Assembly: GCA_035297145.1 (NCBI GenBank)
Contig: DATGZN010000030.1
Location: 6,881-70,880 of the forward strand
Direction: 5' to 3'
Length of the DNA: 64,000 nt
Origin: Bryobacteraceae bacterium
GTDB taxonomy: Bacteria; Acidobacteriota; Terriglobia; Bryobacterales; Bryobacteraceae
Shown here: one piece after another, positions 46,708 through 57,115 of the stretch
Layout: each line of letters opens with the position of its first letter
Numbering within the stretch: the stretch's first letter is position 1
Notes under the pieces: model-generated
Database searches by the model: none
The model's input: the letters and a program-made list of their open reading frames with translations, nothing else
Told to the model about the DNA's origin: nothing
Position numbers and translations under genes: made by a program

Positions 46708-48669
46708 GTGGCCGTCAAACCAGGCGATGGCGCGGCGGACGATATCGCGGCGATGGTCCGGCCGTCCGATCCGATGCCCCTCATTCGCGTAGACGACGAA
46801 TTGATTTTCGACACCCAATGTCTGCAAAGCGTGCCAGTATTCATATGATTGCGGCAGAGGGCACTCGCCATCGCGCTCGCCAACAACAATCAGCGTAGGC
46901 GTTTTTACATTCTTGATAAACGTGATGGGAGAGCTGCGCGCGTAAACCGCCGGATCATCGTAAACCGAAGCCCCGAAATACGGGATCATCCATTTGTCGA
47001 TGGAGTTCTCGCCGTAGTAGCTTTGCCAGTTGGCGAGGCCGGCGCCCGCCACCGCGGCGTGGAACCGGTCGGTTTGAGTGATGGCCCACATGGTCATGAA
47101 CCCGCCGTAGCTCCAGCCGGTGATGCCGATGCGGTTGGGATCGACGGGCAGGGTCCGCAACACTTCGTCCACTCCCGCCAGAATGTCGCGCAAGTCGCCG
47201 TATCCGAAGTCTTTCACGTTGGCCTTGGTGAACGCTTCCCCTTCGCCGAAGCTGCCGCGCGGATTGGGGCAAAGCACGAAATATCCCGCGGCCGCGAGCA
47301 TGATGTCGTAGTTGTACGTGTTCGGCCAATGCGAGGTGACCATGCCCGCCGGCCCACCGTGCACGGCCACGACCATGGGATACCGGCGCCCAGGATCGTA
47401 TTTCTGCGGGTAGAGCAACCAGCCCTGCACGGGAGAGTTTTCACTGGTCCAATGCAGGCTTTTGGCTTCGCCCCAATACGGATGCAGTTCCCCATTGATG
47501 CGCGTGATCTGTTTCCATTCGCCGATCGGACCGGCCCACACTTCCGGCGGATTGCTGAACGAATCGCGGATGACGGCCGAGGTCTTCATATCGGGGGTCA
47601 CCGAAAGCGCCAGCGCGGAGTGCTCGGTCCAGAGTGATTTCACGTCGGGACCGGACGGCTCGACTAACCCAACCCCGATCGCACCATCCGCATTCTCGGT
47701 GAACAGAATCTGTCCTGAAGGAAGCCAGCGCAGCCACTTAGGCGATGCTTTGCGATCAGGAGTCAGGTCGCGCGGCTCGCCTCCGGATGCCGGCACTGAG
47801 AAAATGTCGCCTCCGTTGAAGCCTGCGTCGCTCATCAGCCCGCCGATAAAAGCCACATTCATGCCATCGGGAGACCAGACCGGATTCGCGATCTGCATCG
47901 CGGTTTTCAGAATCGAAGTGGCCTTGCCGCTGTCTACATTGATGGAGTAGATTTGCGCAATCCACCAGTTGTCGTCGCCGGGACCAGGCGCGGCGGTTGC
48001 CACGAACCGCTGGCCGTCCGGCGACCAGTCGTATTCATACACGTAAAGATCGGGCGGCGAGACTTGGCGCATTTTACCGGATGCGACGTCGATGATCGCG
48101 AGCCGCTGGATGAAATTCTGCTGATTGATCACTCCTGTCTGGGGCGGGACCGGCTCCAGCGGACCAGGAGTATGGGGAGCATTCTCGGTGAACAGGACAG
48201 CGATGCTTTTTTCATCCGGCGACCAGGCAGGATTCGTCAGAGCTCCCGTAACGCCGGTCAGCTTGCGGACTTGTCCTCGGCCCAACTCCATGACGTAGAG
48301 CTGCGGTTGGCCTGTTTTCTCCGCGTCGGAAAGAAACGCCAGATTCCTCCCATCCGGTGACCACGCGATGGAATTCTCGTAATGTTCCGCCTTTTCCTTG
48401 TCAGCCGTCACGCGACGGGGAGCGCTGCCGGGCTTGCGCAGGTCTGCAACATAGATGGACAGCGTCATCGCGCCCGTAACTGGATCTTCGCGGGACTGCA
48501 CCCAGGCAACGGACGCGCCATCAGGCGCGATTTGCACTTCGCTCACCTGGCGTAGGTGGAACAACGAATCGACCACATCATCCAGGGCCGATCGGGAATT
48601 CCCCTGCGCCAGCAAAGAGCAGCCGCCGGAAACAAGCAGGCTAAGCGTACTAACCAAGGTCAATCGCAT
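46684..48669 (-). CDS. S9-family serine peptidase with an N-terminal beta-propeller.
   Basis: Signal peptide. Repeated WSPDG propeller motifs. Catalytic GWSYGGFMT with downstream D and H (GHRIG). Confidence 0.85.
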   Translation of the reverse strand: MRLTLVSTLSLLVSGGCSLLAQGNSRSALDDVVDSLFHLRQVSEVQIAPDGASVAWVQSREDPVTGAMTLSIYVADLRKPGSAPRRVTADKEKAEHYENSIAWSPDGRNLAFLSDAEKTGQPQLYVMELGRGQVRKLTGVTGALTNPAWSPDEKSIAVLFTENAPHTPGPLEPVPPQTGVINQQNFIQRLAIIDVASGKMRQVSPPDLYVYEYDWSPDGQRFVATAAPGPGDDNWWIAQIYSINVDSGKATSILKTAMQIANPVWSPDGMNVAFIGGLMSDAGFNGGDIFSVPASGGEPRDLTPDRKASPKWLRWLPSGQILFTENADGAIGVGLVEPSGPDVKSLWTEHSALALSVTPDMKTSAVIRDSFSNPPEVWAGPIGEWKQITRINGELHPYWGEAKSLHWTSENSPVQGWLLYPQKYDPGRRYPMVVAVHGGPAGMVTSHWPNTYNYDIMLAAAGYFVLCPNPRGSFGEGEAFTKANVKDFGYGDLRDILAGVDEVLRTLPVDPNRIGITGWSYGGFMTMWAITQTDRFHAAVAGAGLANWQSYYGENSIDKWMIPYFGASVYDDPAVYARSSPITFIKNVKTPTLIVVGERDGECPLPQSYEYWHALQTLGVENQFVVYANEGHRIGRPDHRRDIVRRAIAWFDGHLAAKAAQ

Positions 48670-49079
48670 CGTGAAAACGACTATATCTCACCCGCCGATT
48701 GGCCGACAAACAACAGCCGCATACTAACTATCGGTGTTGCAGGCCGCCTTTGATGGGAACACCAGTTCGCAGCAAACAGCGCAGGGCCAGCGAATTTCGC
48801 GATGTTAACCAAAAGCGATCTGGATTTTGAGAGCGGGATGGACAAAAATTGGGTTAGAGCAAACCCAGGCTAGTAGCACAGAGTCGCACACTGAGCGATC
48901 CGCCGGCTGGAAGCCGCTCCAACTTTCGGCCGGCGCTCCCGTTCCGTATCGATTCCAGGTTTTGTGAAGGAAGAGTGGCCAGCCGCGCCGAACAGCCTTC
49001 CCTTGGGAGTGAACCACCGAGAGCCTGCAAGTTGCGGCCAGCCACCTGCCAGATTATCACGACCTTGTTTTTGGCGCTC

Positions 49080-50138
49080 TTACGCGCCGGCCTGTTCGCG
49101 CACGTAGACCGTCCTAGTGGGATACGGCATCTGGATCCCCTCGGCCCGAAAGCGCTTCAATATTCGCTTGCGCAGTTCATGCTGCACGCGGTACTGGTCC
49201 GCGAATTCCGACACGGAGTAGCCCAATGTAAAATTCATGGCGGATTCTCCAAAGCCGGGAATCAACTGTACCGAGGGCGCGGGCTCAGCGAGCAGGCCGG
49301 CAACCGCTGCCGCTGCGCCCTGTGCTTCCTCGAGCAGCACGCGCTCCACGAGGTCCGGATCGGCGTCATAGCTCACGCTCACTGGAATGCCCAACGACAC
49401 GCGCCGCTCCGGAAGATAGTAATTGGTGACCACCGCCTGCGCCAGCTTGGAATTGGGAATGATGATCAGGTTGTTGGCGAGCGCGCGAATGGTTGTGCTG
49501 CGCCAACTGATATCCGTCACATAGCCTTCCTCACCCGTGTTGAGCTTGATGTAATCGCCGAGCCGCACCTGGCCGGCCACGCTGATGTAAAAACCAGCGA
49601 ACAGATTCGAGAGCGTGTCTTGCAGCGCCAGCGCCACCGCCAGGCCGCCGACGCCGAACGCGGTCAGAATCGGCGTGATGGAAACGCCGAAATGGTAGAG
49701 CAGAATCAGCAGCCCCATCAGCACCACGAACAACTGCGCAAGGTTCTGTGTCAGGGTGGTTACGGGCCGGGCGCCCTGCGAGCGCTCCCCAAAGTGCCGG
49801 ACCAGGTTCCCCGCCAGCCGCGACGCCATCATGGTGAGCGAGATGATGACCAGGATCAGCAGCGTGCGCTCAATCAGCCGCGTCGAGCGGTCGGGGAGTT
49901 CCAGCCATTCGGTGGCGTAGTAGATGCCCAGAATCAGCGACCAAATCATGATGGGACCGCCGAGGGACCGTGTCAGGACGTCATCAACCTTGCTCGATGT
50001 CTTCGACGCCCAGCGGTGCAGCGCGCGGAAAAGCAGCCGTTTCACCACGTAGCCGACGGCCAACGTCCCCAGCAGCAGGCAGACAGGAGCCACCAGTTGC
50101 AGTGGGTCATGCAGGGCGATTTGCTGGATGGGTTTCAT
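49080..50138 (-). CDS. Mechanosensitive ion channel (MscS family).
   Basis: TM helices followed by LSNLFAGFYISVAGQVRLGDYI...GYVTDISWRSTTIR (MscS beta-domain pattern). Confidence 0.8.
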   Translation of the reverse strand: MKPIQQIALHDPLQLVAPVCLLLGTLAVGYVVKRLLFRALHRWASKTSSKVDDVLTRSLGGPIMIWSLILGIYYATEWLELPDRSTRLIERTLLILVIISLTMMASRLAGNLVRHFGERSQGARPVTTLTQNLAQLFVVLMGLLILLYHFGVSITPILTAFGVGGLAVALALQDTLSNLFAGFYISVAGQVRLGDYIKLNTGEEGYVTDISWRSTTIRALANNLIIIPNSKLAQAVVTNYYLPERRVSLGIPVSVSYDADPDLVERVLLEEAQGAAAAVAGLLAEPAPSVQLIPGFGESAMNFTLGYSVSEFADQYRVQHELRKRILKRFRAEGIQMPYPTRTVYVREQAGA

Positions 50139-50193
50139 GACCGCTATTGTCCAATGATTTGACGCAACAGCGCGAGCATAGGGGTTGTAGCAT

Positions 50194-50694
50194 TTGAAGA
50201 TGCGCGCACGGCTCGCCACACCCGATGATGCCGAGGCTATCGCACTCGTCTATAACGAAGGGATTGCCGACCGTACTGCAACGTTTGAAACGCGTCCGCG
50301 AACGGCGGAAGACGTGCGCGTTTGGTTCGACGGCAGACATCCAATTGTCGTTGTCGAGCAGGATGGCGCCGTAGTGGCATTCGCTTCCAGTTCCTCCTAC
50401 CGCAACCGCGAATGCTACACGGGGATCGCCGAGGCCTCTGTATATGTGGCAAGAGTGTGGCGAGGCCACGGCGCAGGACGCATGGCTCTCCAGGCGCTGA
50501 TCGAGAGTGCCGAGCGAGCAGGCTATTGGAAATTGGTTTCCCGCATCTTCCCTGAGAATCACGCCAGCCGGCGCCTCATTCGGTCCTTAGGCTTCCGCGA
50601 AGTCGGAACCTACGAGAAACACGGGAAACTGGATGGCGTTTGGCGTGACGTGATTATCGTCGAGCGGCTGATTGAGGCAAATTTGCAGGATTAA
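50194..50694 (+). CDS. GNAT N-acetyltransferase (phosphinothricin-acetyltransferase-like).
   Basis: ATPDDAEAIALVYNEGI...ATFET...VYVARVWRGHGAGRMALQALI...FPENHASRRL...GFREVG. Confidence 0.8.
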   Translation: MKMRARLATPDDAEAIALVYNEGIADRTATFETRPRTAEDVRVWFDGRHPIVVVEQDGAVVAFASSSSYRNRECYTGIAEASVYVARVWRGHGAGRMALQALIESAERAGYWKLVSRIFPENHASRRLIRSLGFREVGTYEKHGKLDGVWRDVIIVERLIEANLQD

Positions 50695-52184
50695 CGGATT
50701 CGTAGCGAGATCGCATAGTCGCAAGGTTTCTCGGCCGGCAGCTCGACATGCAAGCCGTCTTTGCTGCGCTGCCATTTGAGCTTCGCAGTGGAGCCAACGA
50801 GTTCAACACTCTTGATATCTGCTTTGGTATTAGACGCTCCGCTACCAAGCGATTTGATCATGAGTTTGTCATCCTGAGGCCACGCCAGCGCGATCGCGTA
50901 CAGCGCGTCCTTCTGGGTCGTGAACCGGATGTCTTGAGACGTAAATGGGTGCCCGGCCGTATCCTTAAACGAGCCACCCACCACTTTCGTCGGACCTTCC
51001 CCGTATACAGCCCACGGTCTGGACCCATAGATGGCTTCCCCGTTGACGGAAAGCCATTGGCCGAGTTCCAGCAGAATTTTCTCCGCTTGTTCGGGAATGG
51101 TCCCGTCGGGTCGCGGGCCGATGTTCAGAAGTAGCGCCCCGTTCTTGCTGACGATGTCCACCAGCTCACTGACCAGGGAATCCGCCGTCCGGAACTTTTC
51201 ACCTTCGATATATCCCCAGGACTTCTCGCCGATCGAGGTATCAGTCTGCCAGAATATCGGCCGCGGCTTATCGAGCTGCCCGCGCTCGATGTCGAGAACC
51301 GCGGCCTTGTCGGGAAAGGACTTGTTTTTGTAGTTGATGGCCACGCCGCGCTTCCACTCCGCGCCGCGGTTGTAGTAGAAGGCCGCGAACTTCTGCAAGT
51401 ACGACTGGAAGACTGGCTGCTCAATCCACCAATCGAACCAGACCAGCTCGGGCTGATACTTGTCCACGATCTCGGTGGTTCGGGCGAGCCAGTCTTTAAG
51501 GTAGGCTTCGTCCGGTTGCGTCTTATCGGGCTTGGCAGGGCCGTACAGGCCGGCGTAGCGCGGATCTTTCACGTCGGAGTCGAACGTCATGCCACCGTTG
51601 TAAAACCACCAGTGCTCTGCTCGATGCGACGATGCCCCAAAGTGCAAACCTTCGGCACGAACTGCCGATGCCAGCTCACCGACGACATCGCGCTTGGGCC
51701 CCATCTTGGCCGCGCTCCAGTCGGTAAAGCTGCAGTCGTACATAGGAAAGCCATCGTGATGCTCGGCCACCGGAACAACGTACTTTGCGCCGGACTTCCG
51801 AAAAACCTCTGCCCAGTGCCGGGCGTCGAAGTGTTCGGCGGTGAATCGCGGGATGAAATCCTTATAACCAAACTGGTTTTGCGGGCCAAACGTGGCGATG
51901 TGGTGCTTGAACGTAGCCTCTTTCTGTAGATACATATTGCGCGGATACCACTCGCTCTCGAACGCGGGCACGGAGTACACACCCCAGTGAATGAAGATGC
52001 CGAATTTGGCATCGCGATACCAATCGGGCACCTGGTAGGCTTCGAGCGATTGCCAGTTGCCCTGGAATGGGCCCTGCGCGACGGTGTGATCGACGCGGCT
52101 CATGGCTTCCTTGATGCGCTCGTCGTACGTTTGCGCGAAGGCGGCCAGACTAAAAGCTAGCAGGCAAAGGCGACTCGGTCTCAT
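50691..52184 (-). CDS. Alpha-L-fucosidase (GH29).
   Basis: Signal peptide. FGIFIHWGVYSVPAFESEWYPRNMY and YVVPVAEHHDGFPMYD motifs. Confidence 0.85.
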   Translation of the reverse strand: MRPSRLCLLAFSLAAFAQTYDERIKEAMSRVDHTVAQGPFQGNWQSLEAYQVPDWYRDAKFGIFIHWGVYSVPAFESEWYPRNMYLQKEATFKHHIATFGPQNQFGYKDFIPRFTAEHFDARHWAEVFRKSGAKYVVPVAEHHDGFPMYDCSFTDWSAAKMGPKRDVVGELASAVRAEGLHFGASSHRAEHWWFYNGGMTFDSDVKDPRYAGLYGPAKPDKTQPDEAYLKDWLARTTEIVDKYQPELVWFDWWIEQPVFQSYLQKFAAFYYNRGAEWKRGVAINYKNKSFPDKAAVLDIERGQLDKPRPIFWQTDTSIGEKSWGYIEGEKFRTADSLVSELVDIVSKNGALLLNIGPRPDGTIPEQAEKILLELGQWLSVNGEAIYGSRPWAVYGEGPTKVVGGSFKDTAGHPFTSQDIRFTTQKDALYAIALAWPQDDKLMIKSLGSGASNTKADIKSVELVGSTAKLKWQRSKDGLHVELPAEKPCDYAISLRIR

Positions 52185-52282
52185 GAATGTTTGCAAGTGT
52201 ATCATCGACGGCGTCTATATTTGTACGAACATCAGGGCGACTGGCTGCGTATACAATTGGCTACAAATCCGGAGGTGTGCTA

Positions 52283-54721
52283 ATGAGCATTTGGCTCGAT
52301 CTTCGCTACGCTCTGCGGATGCTTCGCCGGGCGCCTTCCTTGAGTGCAATCGTCATTCTGACCCTTGCCTTGTGCATCGGCGCCAATACCGCCATCTTCA
52401 GCGTCATTGACGCAACGTTGCTGCGGCCGTTGCCATATCCCGAACCGGACAGAATGGCTGGCATCGTGACGCATTTCCGATACCATGGCGAGGAGGGAGA
52501 CCAGCGGGGCCAGACGGGCGCCACCTGGGAACTGGTGCGCGATCATGCCACCGATCTCGACGCCGCGGTTTACTCGGATGGCGCGGGTGGCGTCAATTTC
52601 GCTTCCGGCGGGACCGCGCAATACGTCCAGCAGCAGCGCGTAGGCGCGGGGTTCTTCCGTGTCCTCGGAGTGCATCCTCAAATCGGGCGGGAGTTCACGC
52701 GCGATGAGGATCGCCCTGGAGGTCCCGCGGTCGTTGTTCTGAGCCATCACTTTTGGAGGCGAGTGTTTCACGAGGACGCGTCTATAGTCGGGCGATCCAT
52801 CAATTTGCGCGGTGAGCCGTATACCGTAGCCGGCGTCATGCCCGAGAACTTCCGTTCCGATGCCGCGGCTGACCTCTGGACGCCGCTGCGCCCTGCGACT
52901 ACGGGTGAAGGCGGCGGCATGAATTACGCCATCATCGCGCGATTGAAACCGGGCGTCACGTGGGCTCAGGCTGATAGCCAGATGGAAGCGGTGGGTGCGC
53001 GCGCCATCGAGGCAATGCACGTTGGCAAGGAGGTTTCGGCGCGGATGCGCCTGGAGACTCTGCAACGGTACGAAACACAGGACACCAGACTCCCGCTCTT
53101 CATCGTCTGGGCCGCTGTAGGGCTGGTTTTACTGATCGGCTGCGCCAATGTCACGAGTTTGCTGCTAGCAAGAGGGAACACGCGTTCCCGGGAAATTGCG
53201 ACGCGTCTGGCGCTGGGCGGAGGACGCCGGGTGGTGGCACGCCAGTTTCTTGTGGAAAGCTTCGTTCTGGCGGTTGCCGGCGGCGTAGCGGGATTGTTGG
53301 TCGCCGTCGCCGGCTTGCGTGGTTTGCAAGTACTGGCGGCGGATAGCTTTCCGATTGCCGATGTGAGCCTCAACGCCCGCGTTCTCATGGCGACCGCTAG
53401 TCTGGCGCTTCTATCAAGCCTGCTGGCCGGGATTTTTCCCGCGCTCGATGCCAGCGGCGTGGACATCCGCACAGCTCTGACCGAGGCAGGCGCTCGCGGC
53501 GTTGCGGGCGCGCGCAAGCGCTGGACGCGGAGGGTGCTGGTGTCGGGCGAGGTCGCTGTTGCGGTGGTCCTATTGATCGGCGCCGGACTGCTGGTCCGCA
53601 CATTAGCGCATCTTTACCAACTGCGGCCGGGATTTGATCCCGCAAATGTGATCACCGCCAGTTTTTCCCTTCAAGACGCGCGCTATGCTACGGCCCAGAA
53701 GGTGAACCAGCTTTTCGATTCCGGCCTGGTGCGCATGCGTGGGCTGCCCGGCGTCGAGTCGGCAGCCGTGGGGCTCAGTTTGCCATACCAGCGCGGCCTG
53801 AATGATGGGTTTCAACGTGTCGACGGCCCTGAGGCCGGCCCGGAAGGTCTGATCACCGACGTCAACTACGTCAGCCCCGACTATTTCCGTACGCTCCGAA
53901 TCCCGTTACTCCGTGGTCGTGACTTCCGGGCGGGTGATGGTCCGAAGTCCGCGCCCGTGGCCATCGTGAACAATGCCTTCGCCAGAAAGTACCTCTCGAA
54001 ACAGGAAGCGCTGGGCAGGCATGTCGCCGTAGTCGATGCCGCACGTGAGATCGTCGGGCTCGTGGGCGACGTACAAGAAACGGCGGGTTGGGGCGACTTC
54101 GGTCCGCTCGGCGCAGTGCCCATGATTTACATTCCGGCATCGCAGACGGTCGACGGTTACTTGAATGTGGTGCATGTCTGGTTTTCGCCGAACTGGGTGG
54201 TCCGTTCCTCCGTCCCCGCAGAGGGCGTAACGCGCGCCATGCAGCAGGCGGCGTCCTCTGTAGATCCTCTGCTTCCGATTGCGAGCTTTCGCTCAATGCA
54301 GGAGCTTCGCTCACGATCCCTCGGCGAGCAACGGTTCCAATCCACATTGTTGGCCACGCTCTCCGGTCTGGCTTTGCTGCTCGCGGTAGTCGGCCTCTAC
54401 GGTTTGATGTCGCAATCAGTTGTCGAGCGCAGGCGTGAAATCGGAATCCGGTTAGCGCTTGGCGCGAGCGTTGCCCGGGCGGTTCGCGATGCCGCTATTC
54501 CAGGCGTTTCTCTGGCTCTGGCAGGCGTGGTGGCAGGGTGTGTGTTCGCCGGCCTGTCGGTACGAGTTCTGCAGCACTTGCTGTGGGGTGTGAGCACAAC
54601 CGACCCGCTTACGTTTGTCAGCGTGGCTTTCGGATTGCTGCTGGTAGCGGCATTTGCCAGCCTTATCCCCGCTCTGCGCATCACGCGCCTGAATCCCGCC
54701 GACACGCTGCGGGATGAGTAA
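52283..54721 (+). CDS. ADOP-family (MacB/FtsX-like, duplicated) permease, third copy.
   Basis: GGAGG SD. DLRYALRMLRRAPSLSAIVILTLALCIGANTAIFS. C-terminal RITRLNPADTLRDE. Confidence 0.85.
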   Translation: MSIWLDLRYALRMLRRAPSLSAIVILTLALCIGANTAIFSVIDATLLRPLPYPEPDRMAGIVTHFRYHGEEGDQRGQTGATWELVRDHATDLDAAVYSDGAGGVNFASGGTAQYVQQQRVGAGFFRVLGVHPQIGREFTRDEDRPGGPAVVVLSHHFWRRVFHEDASIVGRSINLRGEPYTVAGVMPENFRSDAAADLWTPLRPATTGEGGGMNYAIIARLKPGVTWAQADSQMEAVGARAIEAMHVGKEVSARMRLETLQRYETQDTRLPLFIVWAAVGLVLLIGCANVTSLLLARGNTRSREIATRLALGGGRRVVARQFLVESFVLAVAGGVAGLLVAVAGLRGLQVLAADSFPIADVSLNARVLMATASLALLSSLLAGIFPALDASGVDIRTALTEAGARGVAGARKRWTRRVLVSGEVAVAVVLLIGAGLLVRTLAHLYQLRPGFDPANVITASFSLQDARYATAQKVNQLFDSGLVRMRGLPGVESAAVGLSLPYQRGLNDGFQRVDGPEAGPEGLITDVNYVSPDYFRTLRIPLLRGRDFRAGDGPKSAPVAIVNNAFARKYLSKQEALGRHVAVVDAAREIVGLVGDVQETAGWGDFGPLGAVPMIYIPASQTVDGYLNVVHVWFSPNWVVRSSVPAEGVTRAMQQAASSVDPLLPIASFRSMQELRSRSLGEQRFQSTLLATLSGLALLLAVVGLYGLMSQSVVERRREIGIRLALGASVARAVRDAAIPGVSLALAGVVAGCVFAGLSVRVLQHLLWGVSTTDPLTFVSVAFGLLLVAAFASLIPALRITRLNPADTLRDE

Positions 54722-54729
54722 CCCGCCCG

Positions 54730-55692
54730 TTATTCAGCGATCAGGAGATTTTCGGCGAAAGGCCACTCATGGTCGATCCATCGAGCCTCGCACCGGAACC
54801 CCGCATCCGCGGCCATGGAGTTCACTTCGTCGAGAGAGTACTTGTGGCAGCTCTCGGTCCAAATGGTCTCGTTCTCCAGAATCGGGACGGAGATTCCCGC
54901 TTCCCGAACGGTCACCACTTGATCCCGCGTCGACCGCAGGTGCATTTCAATGCTCCGCGTCTCAAAATTGAATCGTGCCTCGTGCTCGAACTGTTCGATC
55001 ACAAAATCCGCGCCGAGTTCGCGATTGATGCGTGCCAAAAGATTGAGGTTGAAGGCGGCGGTGACTCCCAGCGGATCGTCATAAGCCCGGATCAACTTGT
55101 CGATCGGTTTTTCGAGATCGGTGCCGAGCAGCAAAGCGTCGCCGGGCTGCAGGATCAGACGGACCTCGCGGAGAAAGTGAACATCCGCCGGCCGGTCGAA
55201 GTTTCCAATGGTACTTCCGAGGAACAATACCAGGATATGCTGGTCCCTCTGCCGGCGGGAAGCCACCTCTAACAATCCATCCAGGTATTCGCGCTCGAAG
55301 CCAACAATGCTGACGGCATCTATGTCGGACAACTCTCGCCGGCACATGGCGAGCGCTGTGGCCGAGATTTCGATGGGGTAATAGGACGTCGGCCGGTGCC
55401 GCGAAACCGCTTCCAGAATCCATCGCGTCTTCTTGCCGCTGCCGCTTCCCAGTTCCGCCACGACCATTGGTCCTGGAATACGCGCCACCATTTCGTGCGC
55501 GTAAGCGTGAAGCAGCCGTTCGTCGGCTCGGGTCAGGCCGTATTCCGAAAGTTCGCAAATCGCCTCAAACAGCCGCGAGCCGATGGGATCATACAAGTAT
55601 TTCGAAGGCAGCTCTTTCTGTCCGGGTTTCGTCAATCCCCGGCACACGTCTGCGGCAAACTCAACGGGGGCATTCGCGATAATGGGGGTCAT
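54730..55692 (-). CDS. egtD: L-histidine N-alpha-methyltransferase (ergothioneine pathway).
   Basis: FAADVCRGLTKPGQKELPSKYLYDPIGSRLFEAICELSEYGLTRAD...ELGSGSGKKT. Confidence 0.85.
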   Translation of the reverse strand: MTPIIANAPVEFAADVCRGLTKPGQKELPSKYLYDPIGSRLFEAICELSEYGLTRADERLLHAYAHEMVARIPGPMVVAELGSGSGKKTRWILEAVSRHRPTSYYPIEISATALAMCRRELSDIDAVSIVGFEREYLDGLLEVASRRQRDQHILVLFLGSTIGNFDRPADVHFLREVRLILQPGDALLLGTDLEKPIDKLIRAYDDPLGVTAAFNLNLLARINRELGADFVIEQFEHEARFNFETRSIEMHLRSTRDQVVTVREAGISVPILENETIWTESCHKYSLDEVNSMAADAGFRCEARWIDHEWPFAENLLIAE

Positions 55693-57005
55693 TCCGGCGT
55701 CTCCTCATTACTTACGCAGCGAAATCCCGCGTAGACGTACTGATAGTGCGGCTGAAACCAGTTGCGGAACGAACGGCGCAGCATGCACGCCCCGGTTCGC
55801 GTGGAGCCGCCCTTCATCACGTAATGTTTGCCGTCGAAGAAATTGGCGGAGTAGCCCGGGTAAAACGGGAACGGCTGGAACCCATCGAAAGGTTCGAACA
55901 CGCTGGAGGTCCACTCCCATCCGTTTGCCAGCAGGCCGGCCACATCGAATGCGCTGCGCCCTCGTGGAAATGCATTTACGGGTGATGGCTCCCATTTTTG
56001 AAAATCAAAATACCCGTGACGGCGGCCTGGCGCGTCCGATCCCCACGGGTACGGCCGCTCCGACTTCTGGTGAGATCCATAGGCGGCGCGGTGCCACTGC
56101 GCCTCGCTGGGCAACTTTTTTCCGGCCCAACGCGCATACGCGCTGGCTTCGGCGTGGCTCACGTAAACGGGCCACTCCGCGGGCAGAGGAATTTCCTCGA
56201 ACATGGTTCGTTGAAACCATTTCCCATCTCGCCGAAGCCAGAAAACCGGCTGTGTAACGTTTTGCTCAGTCTTCCAAGTCCAATTAGCGGGTGACCACAA
56301 CGACTTGTCGTCGTAGCCACCGGCATCCATGAACTGCTGATACTGGCCGTTCGTGACCTTGAACTGGTCGATGGCGAATGCTGGAACCGCGACCGAGTGC
56401 GCTTCATATTCGTTATCCCAGCCGAACGATGCCGGGTCGTTGTGAGAGAGCCCAAGCGTCGCTGAACCAGCCGGGATTTCGATCGTTCGGAACTCGACCG
56501 ATCCCGCCGAAGACACCAGCGGCCCATACTGATGGGCTTTGTCCTCGAACGGCAACTGGTGCAGCATGTACGCCAGCGTCTCCGCGTGCATCAGCCGGTG
56601 TTCAATCGCCACGTTCAATAACGTAGGTTCGCCGAAGCTATCTAGCGCCGCATCCAGGGTATTTCGCACACGGTTTACGTAACCGCGCACCTCGGCGGGC
56701 GAAGGCCAGTCCCCAGGCTGATCGGACGGCAGCCCGCCATCCACCGGATCGATACCAAACGCAAACAACTGGTCGAACTGCGGATGAAATGGCTTGAAAC
56801 CGGGGAGCCGCGCGCTGAAGAGATTCCAATCGAACGCCTCGAGGTGGCCAATGTAAAAAACAATCCGGTGCCGTTCCGGAATTGGCCGCGCGTAGAGCGC
56901 TTCCGGCCTAACCATTTCGAACAGGCTATCGGTCTGGATCCGAGCATCGGCCAGGCGTGTCAATAGGTTATGCTGAACTTCCACTTGTGGTTGGATAGCG
57001 AGCAT
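55689..57005 (-). CDS. egtB: Ergothioneine biosynthesis sulfoxide synthase (DinB-like plus FGE-sulfatase domains).
   Basis: HRIVFYIGHLEAFDW (DinB_2 His motif). C-terminal GWEWTSS...GGS...R FGE-type motifs. 4-nt overlap with egtD. Confidence 0.8.
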   Translation of the reverse strand: MLAIQPQVEVQHNLLTRLADARIQTDSLFEMVRPEALYARPIPERHRIVFYIGHLEAFDWNLFSARLPGFKPFHPQFDQLFAFGIDPVDGGLPSDQPGDWPSPAEVRGYVNRVRNTLDAALDSFGEPTLLNVAIEHRLMHAETLAYMLHQLPFEDKAHQYGPLVSSAGSVEFRTIEIPAGSATLGLSHNDPASFGWDNEYEAHSVAVPAFAIDQFKVTNGQYQQFMDAGGYDDKSLWSPANWTWKTEQNVTQPVFWLRRDGKWFQRTMFEEIPLPAEWPVYVSHAEASAYARWAGKKLPSEAQWHRAAYGSHQKSERPYPWGSDAPGRRHGYFDFQKWEPSPVNAFPRGRSAFDVAGLLANGWEWTSSVFEPFDGFQPFPFYPGYSANFFDGKHYVMKGGSTRTGACMLRRSFRNWFQPHYQYVYAGFRCVSNEETPE

Positions 57006-57115
57006 CGGTATTCTCCGCAGCAGCAGCGATTGATTATAGATGACCATTGACCTGTCCCGGCGTCACAAAATAATGAGGAGTCGAGCGGAATAGTACCCTC
57101 GGGAAGGCCAGACAA

